A DNA stretch of 54,827 nt from Phoronis australis (Eukaryota > Animalia > Phoronida), in assembly GCA_002633005.1 (NCBI GenBank), contig NMRA01000546.1, forward strand, positions 59,967-114,793, in the 5' to 3' direction. The first letter of the stretch is position 1. Every line of letters starts with the position of its first letter. The translations under genes were made by a program, and so were the position numbers. Shown here in pieces: positions 49,101-54,827 of this stretch. The notes under the pieces were generated by a model. The model had not been told where the DNA came from. It saw only the letters and a program-made list of their open reading frames with translations, and did not search any database.

Positions 49101-49926
49101 TCTAAGTGGCCATGAATACTTGAAGAAAATTGTCCACCTTCCTTTCTTTATACCTGTACCGAACAGACATGATGTCAGAGTTTTTTATCAGGCTTTGACG
49201 AAAGGGAGTGATAGCTCTGATTCCGCATACAACAGAAGTAAAATTGAAAGTAAACGAGGTGAATTAGCTGGAGTTAATACTGGCGGTGAAGAAGGACGTA
49301 GAGTAGGAGGAGAAGCAGGGAGAAGAATAGTAGAACTGAAGAAACAAAATGGGGAGGAAATAATGGGAAGAGATAAAAAACAAGATAAATATGGTGAAAC
49401 AACCGATATCAGGGATAGGGTCTCTAGAGACGATAAGCAGGCGGTAGCAGTAGCCATCGAAGAATACGACAAATGTGCCCAGTTTATTTATCGCAATCCA
49501 AGGAGCATGAAACGAATATTTAACGTCATGATGCTAACCTTGAAATTGTTTTGGAAAAATGAAATTAAACGAAAAGAAGACATCTCGGATTTGGCGATGT
49601 GGACGATATTATCAGAACAGTGGCCATGTGCAGCAAATTGGTTGGTCGCAATTTACGAGGATGAGAAAAATAATATTTCCTCAGATACTTGTGTTGTTGA
49701 TCTTTTTGAAGGTAAAGAAGACGAACTGCATGAAATTAAAAAGACACCTGTTTTTGAAAGTATGGATCGCAATTCGGAAACGTTTTTTTCGTTTCTACGC
49801 ACTCACCCGCGGAATGCCAGCGACTTGATGAAATTTACATCTGTTTCTGTCAACACCGATCACAGCATCAGAGATAAAATAGCAAGAATGAGGAGAAAAC
49901 GCGAGCATAGTTCTGTTAACACGTAA
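9673..49926 (+). CDS. Multi-exon gene: ankyrin-repeat, transmembrane KAP-family P-loop NTPase (NKPD1/Kidins220-like), ~1,095-1,115 aa; join(9673-9738,14868-14957,22260-22355,22925-23023,23394-23492,23848-23946,24316-24417,24972-25073,36698-36781,43715-43798,[45343-45372 or 45405],45697-45907,47774-49926)
   Basis: Exons read by hand with AG/GT boundaries. Phases are all compatible (phase 0 throughout, phase 1 between 45907 and 47774). The spliced product is stop-free and reads as ankyrin repeats followed by KAP motifs GxWGxGKT, FSAWEYA, hhhhDDhDR, YLKKIVHLPF, NPRxxKR and EQWP. Confidence 0.85.
10181..10376. repeat. Minisatellite, 50-bp unit x4
   Basis: tatactaaagttgtccactgttatcctgttactgac... 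starts at 10181, 10231, 10281, 10331. Confidence 0.95.
10467..10498 (+). promoter_or_regulatory. Composite CRE-like / NF-kB / CRE element in intron 1
   Basis: TTACGTCA (10467), GGGAATTTCC (10481-10490) directly abutting TGACGTCA (10491-10498). Confidence 0.45.
10979..11108. repeat. Minisatellite, 41-bp unit x3
   Basis: catcaccaaacctctgcacgctactatgtagacg.actgaa repeated. Confidence 0.9.
12603..12759 (+). mobile_element. MITE (Harbinger-like), copy 1
   Basis: Imperfect TIRs tcagtagcgctaggacc ... ggtcctagcgttactga, CWG at both ends; inverted second copy at 47548-47704. Confidence 0.65.
12797..13000. repeat. Minisatellite, ~42-bp unit x5
   Basis: gtatatgcaatg.gatgtaaccctgccaatacacgttgaatt repeated; explains the repetitive ORFs 12653-13099 and 12762-12950. 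Confidence 0.95.
14868..14957 (+). CDS. Exon 2, ankyrin N-cap (VIKAVEDGDCAPIQKLIKNKRNLNQPLYRY)
   Basis: Acceptor ttattttcag|, donor TAT|gtaagt, 90 nt, phase 0-0; AVxxGD...LI pattern of a capping repeat, joining the RQTALHLAA of the next exon. Confidence 0.8.
16920..21180 (+). repeat. Diverged direct duplications in intron 2: ~16920-17360 vs ~19085-19473, and ~17838-18495 vs ~20512-21180
   Basis: Shared colinear words, e.g. cagaatta.tggaaacgtc, aacaaaacgcgtcaa, ttctctgttagtgttcttt; acgcattgtactt, gataaggaaatg.cc.tttaaatatatt.aagaac. Confidence 0.75.
18551..18624 (-). repeat. Interstitial telomeric-like (TTAGGG)n tract, ~12 units
   Basis: aaccctaaccctaaccctaacc... with degenerate units. Confidence 0.9.
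22260..22355 (+). CDS. Exon 3, ankyrin repeat (RQTALHLAAVRGRTEVVRVLVQGGADVDVQDE)
   Basis: tttctgcag| acceptor, GAG|gtaaca donor, 96 nt; canonical TALHLAA..G..EVV..L...GADV. Confidence 0.93.
22925..23023 (+). CDS. Exon 4, ankyrin cassette A (RDWTPLEMAAWHGHTDTAEVLLSNKASVDVRDK)
   Basis: tacatag| ... AAG|gtaagt, 99 nt = one 33-aa ankyrin repeat. Confidence 0.93.
23394..23492 (+). CDS. Exon 5, ankyrin cassette B (EGRTPLYRAAVGGRPQAVKLLLEKKASVDIRGA)
   Basis: tacatag| ... GCG|gtaagt, 99 nt, phase 0-0. Confidence 0.92.
23848..23946 (+). CDS. Exon 6, ankyrin cassette C (AGLTPLYEAAERGDTQTVELLLANKATVDVRDK)
   Basis: tacatag| ... AAG|gtaagt, 99 nt, phase 0-0. Confidence 0.93.
24316..24417 (+). CDS. Exon 7, ankyrin cassette D (VGRTPLYVAAGRGHTDTVKVLLANKASVDVRDDQ)
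   Basis: tacatag| ... CAG|gtaagt, 102 nt, phase 0-0. Confidence 0.93.
24972..25073 (+). CDS. Exon 8, ankyrin repeat (WGNTPLHVASAGGHTEVLKLLCMESGCAINAVNK)
   Basis: ttactgtag| ... AAG|gtattg, 102 nt; canonical GNTPLHVA..GH.EV.KLL. Confidence 0.93.
26750..30460 (+). repeat. Diverged ~500-bp direct repeat pair: ~26750-27260 and ~29973-30460
   Basis: Shared tcactcttaac.taaa.aatgcaaatg, ctcgtgagctatcattca, atagagtaca, aactgtcgtattttt, ccagcagtgcac. Confidence 0.75.
30485..30634 (+). mobile_element. tRNA-derived SINE, copy 2
   Basis: GGAGGCAGTGTGGCCTGGTTGATAAGTG...GGTTCAAGTCCC, then a non-tRNA tail (ttgagccagg...cagctcggttttaaccatata) shared with copy 1. Confidence 0.75.
35661..35853. repeat. Minisatellite, 63-bp unit x3
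   Basis: ttgacagtggactgtgagaaagtgatttgacgaagcaaatgtggacttcacg at 35661, 35724, 35787. Confidence 0.95.
36100..36538. repeat. Minisatellite, ~50-bp unit x~7
   Basis: ttctacaccactccttcgtgtaacccagcatcacc repeated with indels. Confidence 0.9.
36698..36781 (+). CDS. Exon 9, ankyrin C-cap (NGETAYDVCGREGNVDESTVENIKGFLK)
   Basis: tttttgttacag| ... AAG|gtagaa, 84 nt; joins as NAVNK|NGETAYDV, a typical terminal ankyrin half-repeat. Confidence 0.85.
37110..37158. repeat. (CA)n microsatellite
   Basis: Direct reading. Confidence 0.98.
37447..37630 (+). pseudogene. THAP zinc-finger remnant (transposase N-terminus)
   Basis: MLRCFVPACPN*...GITFFTFSR/ESEMLRKWL...KHLRVCRL: CxxxxC, F..F, KW and RVC motifs with one stop and one frameshift. 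Confidence 0.7.
38129..38865 (+). mobile_element. Interspersed repeat nested in the Kolobok element; second copy at 52337-53079
   Basis: Both start tgttaggggaatct and share tttggctcactagt.tagtattttc, tgtaggctacgg, cgtgttgtgaactgct, ctgccgtcag. Confidence 0.65.
40363..40610. mobile_element. PIF/Harbinger-type MITE
   Basis: TIR GGGCTCGTTCCAACAAAACTGACTTA vs TAAGTCAGTTTCTTGGAACAGGCCC; CTG duplicated on both sides; internal ttaag repeats. Confidence 0.8.
41610..42960 (+). repeat. ~280-bp direct repeat pair (~41610-41890 and ~42700-42960)
   Basis: Shared ttcctctccatc.g.tcacctactgtg, aattttgtttttatga.gtg.tcggatgtgc, ttacacagattaaga, atactgactttta. Confidence 0.8.
42383..42570 (+). repeat. Degenerate interstitial (TTAGGG)n tract
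   Basis: gttagggtt, gggttagggc, ggttagggttagggt, ggttagggctagttagag. Confidence 0.8.
43715..43798 (+). CDS. Exon 10, linker (DEEKSEEVARENDHQSNAIYLKLPSSDV)
   Basis: ttattatcacag| ... GTG|gtacgt, 84 nt, phase 0-0, open. No domain motif, so supported only by splice signals and phase. Confidence 0.6.
43873..45130 (+). mobile_element. HINE/DINE-like (non-autonomous Helentron) element with tandem core repeats
   Basis: 5' stem-loop atgcgcccacatatttatatatgggcgcat, (CCGT)n microsatellite, then ~130-160-bp cores containing ttcatgaaattt and gcc.c.tagtgg. Confidence 0.7.
45343..45372 (+). CDS. Possible small linker exon 11 (MDGRDASTLK; alternative in-phase donor after 45405)
   Basis: Long pyrimidine tract followed by gatag| acceptor; donors AAG|gtgcaa or CAC|gtgtgt both keep phase 0 but are weak. 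Confidence 0.35.
45697..45907 (+). CDS. Exon 12, KAP NTPase N-terminus with Walker A (D.LG...YA..LA..L ... TIGLLGNWGAGKTFLL)
   Basis: cttttcctgcag| acceptor; KAP-diagnostic GxWGxGKT; donor G|gtaata in phase 1 matches the next exon. Confidence 0.92.
46368..46827. mobile_element. Degenerate inverted-repeat element (MITE) containing a minisatellite
   Basis: aagataagtg...ctgtgctcgaatacatcataactta on the left matches the reverse complement of taagtcattatgtactccagcacag...cacttatctt on the right. Confidence 0.6.
46401..46646. repeat. Minisatellite, 30-31-bp unit x8
   Basis: atcataa(c)ttatgcatatgagtttacagttc, almost perfect copies. Confidence 0.98.
47548..47704 (-). mobile_element. MITE (Harbinger-like), copy 2
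   Basis: Reverse-complement match to 12603-12759. Confidence 0.65.
47774..49926 (+). CDS. Terminal exon: TM helices, KAP NTPase core (Walker B RLLIVIDDIDR) and C-terminal helical region
   Basis: 720-codon ORF in the track; real start is the acceptor tttggtttcag| at 47773 (phase 1). Motifs FSAWEYAGSDFLWAG, ELGFMYRVKGEI, PFISILAIDP, GHEYLKKIVHLPF, NPRSMKRIFN, WTILSEQWP. Confidence 0.95.
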
Positions 49927-51237
49927 CTGTTGTCAAATAATACTCAACTAACAGTTAAATCTAGAACACCAACCATTAAAACCTAAAGGTCGTGTCAGAA
50001 AAAGGCACACAGGTGTGGTGCATGGATCAGTGCCAAATTTGGACTAATTAATAGCCTTTAAATTTTCACCGCATTTGTAGACTTGAGAAAACATCGATTT
50101 GCCTATTTATTATGTTTAATGGTCTTTCCTAAGTTTGATCCACATTGGGTTGAATTTTTACTGAAGGAACAATTATAGGTGACAGCAAATGTTTTTTTAG
50201 GATACGGAACTCGCCGACAAGAATTGTGTAATCTGATCCTTAGTTTCCACTCTATCAACGATCATTAACAAAAATTTGCGGTATAAATCAAGTAGTGTTA
50301 TTCATTGACAGGAGAGCTGTGGCAGAGCACACACGCACAACTAATCGTGTCACCAAACGTTAAGCACAGTGTGACACCAAGTGGCAACACTGGACCGTCT
50401 GCTCGAATCCGCCTGACATCAAAATGAAAATCAGTTGATCCGAACGAGTGAGCATTCTCTGAATTAGGTCAAACACTTAAGGCCGTGGATGAACTGCTGT
50501 GTGTAGCAGATCAACTTTTCCCACATTGCCCTTTATTACTGCCTGGTTCTGTTCTCCTAACACTTTCAGAGAAATGGTATCTAACAAGAGTACCCGTACT
50601 ATTCAATTGATTCATCAGTACAATCTTTCATGATAGCTATTGATTATTGGTATTTTACATCATAAGCGGAATTAAGTACTAGGGCCTCATCCCCATACGG
50701 ATAAAAGAAAAACGTACTAGGAAAGTCTTCTTAAATGATTACACGAATATCATGCTTAATTTCAAGATCCGGTTGCCGCTTTGCGACATCTTAAACCCGC
50801 CAATCTCAGTCTTTTGTACTATTCTTGTGTATCGAAAATGCTTTTGGACATAGTTGTAGACATTGCTGTACGCTTTTATTAGATTGGATACCAAACAGTT
50901 ATGTTTGAAATTCTCATTGGGTTAACAAACATGGATAAAGTATATGCTAACTTGTTTACAATATTGATCTAGAACCCGAATGGGTGCAGTGATATAATTT
51001 GTGCCTTTTTCCTTTTAATTTGATGTTTCATTCTTCGCATCAATAGGTTTTACATTGTGATTTGATGTTTGATAGTTGTATAAAATTCAAGGACTTGTAA
51101 TATCTGCTGTATTAGCTTGATTGTTGCATTATGTCACACTCTTTAACCATGGCAACGTAGCGCGCGAGAGTGTGGCGTCATTGTATTAGTATGATGCATC
51201 TGACCCGTGTTTGTTTGCTTTATTTGTTTAGTTTTTT

Positions 51238-51243
51238 AATAAA
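51238..51243 (+). terminator. Candidate polyadenylation signal AATAAA (ATTAAA also at 49975-49980)
   Basis: U-rich upstream and GT-rich downstream (gttgtgtcagtgtcgtg), ~1.3 kb after the stop. Confidence 0.3.
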
Positions 51244-52336
51244 TAGTTGTGTCAGTGTCGTGATGTGACTCAGATTCAGTTTTTCAATATTCAATATATT
51301 GAGGCGTCGTTGTTACTAACATAAATAACGAATCGCTCGAAACTTGGGGACTATTTTAATATTTTAATACATTTTGAAACCGACGCTCGTTGTTTTGATT
51401 TACTACTTTCACAATCTAAAAAAGAGGGTAATTGTTACGACATGGATTTTACTGATTTTGTGTTGCAAACATTCCAGGGACATATATTCACCAGATGGAT
51501 GTTTTGTACTCAAAGTAAACACCATAAATGGGATTTTTGTTTAGTGTCTAATGTTTTACAATTCAACGAAAAACTATCTAAAATGCGCATGCTGAGTGCT
51601 GTCTCTCCACGTGATGACATTATACAGAAAACATCGCATTGTACGCGAAGTTCACCAGACTGCTGTCATCCCTAAAGTGACACCTTTTGTTTCGCTATAA
51701 CCTTAGCTTTAACAACACCTCCAGAGTTTATCGTACCACTGACTGTACAAAATTATTCCTCGATTTTGTGCCGGTCTCATTGAACTTCAGCCTTTTCCAC
51801 ATGCTCCTCCCAATGAAAAATTTAGACCCTACCTCAACGTTAGTATAAAACATCTTCAACCTACATGAAAAAAATTAAAACTAGAAGGTCTTTAAAATTC
51901 GATTTTCTACTTTTTACCAATTTACCAGTACTTGGATCGTGTAACATTGCCGTTTTAAGAAAATTAAGCCAAACTTTGTCGTAGAGCAAAACAATGACAT
52001 CAATAACACTGTTAAATTTTATTTGATATCAATGTTCAGCGTGAGATCTTGGAAACACAGTTTTCTAAAATATCAAAATTAAAAGGTTTTCATAGTTCTC
52101 CATGCAGAAGAAAGACGTGTCTTGGGTATGTCATGTTCACAGCGCTAAAGTATCTGAACATTTCATGATAAATCCTGATGTTCCAAAGTTAGCAAAATTC
52201 GGACATTTTTCTATGGTAGTATATAGCCTTAGAATGTATCTGGACATGTTCGGCTGTATAGATTATATCATTATGATTTAAAACAAGAGTAATATAAAAT
52301 CATGAAGCATTTTCGATTTGATATCCTATTCTCATA

Positions 52337-53079
52337 TGTTAGGGGAATCTGTATTAAGATATTCATATACGTTGTGTGAATGGCTATTACTGTCCAACTT
52401 TTGCCCTGACGATTCTATGGAATGGTGCCGAACCTGACTTTGCGGCACTCCATCGAGCTAATAGGTAGATTTTCAATTCCACGGCTAATTCACCAAAATA
52501 ACCACGTGCACAATTTTTTTTCGTTTGGCTCACTAGTGTAGTATTTTCGTGACTCGAATTTTACTCTCCAACTTTGGCTGGTTTATGTTCGTGATGTCTT
52601 CAGTCCCGCCGTGATGGCCTGATCGGGTTCCGAGCCATAAGATGTCCGGGATAGCAAACGTTTTGTGTGTTTAGCACTGACAAGAAATCGCAACTCTAAA
52701 ATTAAAACACACAGCTGTGTAATCCTGTCTGTATTTCACAGACGAAAATTTTGAACATATCACCGAACAAACTCCAAACTCACGCGACCGACCTCGGTAA
52801 GTTAGCCTACCGAGCATTGTAGGCTACGGCACTTTCAAATTCCTAAAAATCCGTAACGGTGAAATAAAATAACACATTTTTTCAATATATCGATGTATTT
52901 GTAAATGTTTTACATAGAAGTTCGAAGATTTATTGTTGTAAAACGACCAATTCAAGTAAAAAACTGACACCAAAAAGCGTGTTGTGAACTGCTTAGCAGG
53001 CTGTATTCGAACCTCTGAATTTCAAAACTTGCGCCTGCCGTCAGCAATCGTGATTTGTAAATCGGTTAACATTCCCCTA
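52337..53079 (+). mobile_element. Non-autonomous DNA-element-like repeat with short inverted ends (taggggaat ... attccccta)
   Basis: Homology to 38129-38865 and 9-bp inverted termini. Confidence 0.55.
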
Positions 53080-53272
53080 CATTCATGGTTTCGCTGGATA
53101 CTGAGAAACGTCAACTTTTTCGGCTTAGTTATAGCTTGAATTGACGTAAAGTAGAACTTTATCTGTCGCGTACACAGATGAAACTGCGCGTTAAGATTTT
53201 CTGTTCCATGCTCTTTCTGAGTTAACCCACTTGTTGACTAATTTCTACGTTTACCACCCATCAGGGATATAA

Positions 53273-54270
53273 ATGTACATGTATTCAACCATATTTATCA
53301 CTCAATTGGGAAGTTATACCCGAAAACTCATATACAAAGACCTTGGCTTGCTACGAGCCCATAATCTTACATTTACTCCTCATTGTCGCGAACTTGCTCA
53401 TCAAGTACAAAAATTAATTAATCCAATTATCTTTCGTCATCTCACCTCCATGCATCTTGAAACTCTGTTGAAGTCTTTTATACTTCCACATCTACTTTAC
53501 TGTGACATAATCTACCACTCCACAAACGCTGGCATACTTCTCCAAATAGAAAGACTACTTTACCAAGCAGCTTTAGCCATAACAGTAGCATACAGAGAAC
53601 CCAACACAGTCAAGGTTCTAAATAGTCTTAACTGGAGCAAACTAGCAACCTGTCGTAAACTCCACCTGTCCATGTATACATTCAACTCTTAAACAACATA
53701 TGATTTTCTAGCAAAATCCTCTTTGACTCATACAAAAGACTTAACACAAGACCAGAACTACGGCAATGCAATATGTTCACTATACCATCTTCCTTCTGCC
53801 AGTCGTTCGAGAGATCTGCGATAGTAATTTGCAATGACAACTGAAATTCCTTACCATGCAAAATAAAAGCGTCACTTTTAAAAATTACTTTAAACTGCAT
53901 ACCACAACTCAAGTCTTGCAGGTCCCAGTGACATCATTTCAACTTCCTAGCATCCTACACAGATCAAAATGCGGACTATTCCTAAACAACAAGAAATTAA
54001 GACATAATATTAATAATATTTCACCTCTGAAATACTGTGGAGACACTCAGACATATGCTTGTGTTTTTTTGCTCGCTAACTATGCAGGGTGCAGAGCGTA
54101 CAGCTTTTCCTCAATGTTTACAAAAATATTCTGATATTCCTCAAACGTATAACACAATGTAAACAACTCAACACAAAGGAAAATAAGGTTTTATTCGAAA
54201 AAATATTACATTTTCTTCTTAGTAACAAATTCCTTTGGGTGAGTCAATAAAATTGTATACATGTAAAATA
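53273..54270 (+). mobile_element. 5'-truncated, decayed LINE (CR1/L2 group) ORF2 C-terminus
   Basis: KDLG...LTFTPH...KSFILPHLLYCDIIY...IERLLYQAALAIT...LNWSKLATCRKLH, typical of the post-RT region; stops and frameshifts downstream. Confidence 0.8.
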
Positions 54271-54723
54271 ACTTATTGTGTATGAAAATTATCTATTTAC
54301 ATTCGTAATCGTATGTCATTGTAATCTCAACATCAGTTTTTAATTTATCTATCTGTGGATACTTATATTTATTGTATATAGATTTCGTGCAGTGAAGATT
54401 TCACATTTCATAATAAACTTAAAACATCTGCAAAATTGTTTGAACACACACTTCCGATAACAGTTGTACTGCATGGAGGTCGGAAAACAACACCTTAGCC
54501 TAGGGGTGCTATTTGTTCGGAATAAAACTCTACACTCAGCGGAACAATTATGAGGTAACTGACCAAAATACATGATTAAAAGGTACATGATATTTCTAGA
54601 CATACATGTACTTGTTTCATTCTCAAGTGAGGATAAAATCACTCAGTAATGCCACAACAGAGCAAAAGCTGAAGACATACACAGTGGGACACGGCAGGTG
54701 TGCAATACTGCACAGACTGAAAG

Positions 54724-54827
54724 CAGTGGCGGATCTACGTTTTCAGTAAGGGGGGGGGGTTTAGGAATCCCGCAAAGGTCGAATCCGAGGCGCGTGGCGC
54801 AGAGCGGGGGGGAGGTCGGGAGGGGGG
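54724..54827 (+). mobile_element. Left end of a hAT-like non-autonomous element (runs off the window)
   Basis: CAGTGGCGGATCT terminus followed by G-runs and a GC-rich body; other end not visible. Confidence 0.5.

Noticed and set aside
48594-49828. Antisense and alternate-frame ORFs within the KAP exon
   Set aside because: Shadows of the real reading frame.
47764-49926. Stand-alone 720-aa gene starting at TTG
   Set aside because: It lacks Walker A, which is on the upstream exon. A phase-compatible acceptor lies at 47773.
9673-49926. Assigning the symbol KIDINS220 or NKPD1
   Set aside because: No SAM domain or long tail as in Kidins220, and it has ankyrins unlike NKPD1. Orthology needs a phylogeny.

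Overview
This is eukaryotic (metazoan, probably marine invertebrate) AT-rich genomic DNA with one 383-nt assembly gap; I see no prokaryotic operons, rRNA or CRISPR array. Most of the window is one + strand multi-exon gene (about 9673-49926, 12-13 coding exons, about 1,095-1,115 aa) that the ORF track largely misses. It encodes an N-terminal ankyrin array (one repeat per phase-0 exon), a linker and a membrane-inserted KAP-family P-loop NTPase (NKPD1/Kidins220/PifA family) with intact Walker A and B motifs. The most striking feature is four recently duplicated ankyrin exon cassettes (22.9-24.4 kb). Their sister introns are about 92% identical, while the exons are only about 80% identical, with almost purely non-synonymous changes concentrated at ankyrin ligand-contact positions. 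This looks like a diversifying, exon-modular sensor coupled to a KAP NTPase, and NF-kB/CRE-like sites flank exon 1; an innate-immune role is my inference. Introns and flanks hold a Kolobok deletion derivative, Harbinger-like MITEs, tRNA-derived SINEs, a HINE/Helentron-like element, a CR1/L2-type LINE fragment, minisatellites, interstitial TTAGGG tracts and older local duplications.
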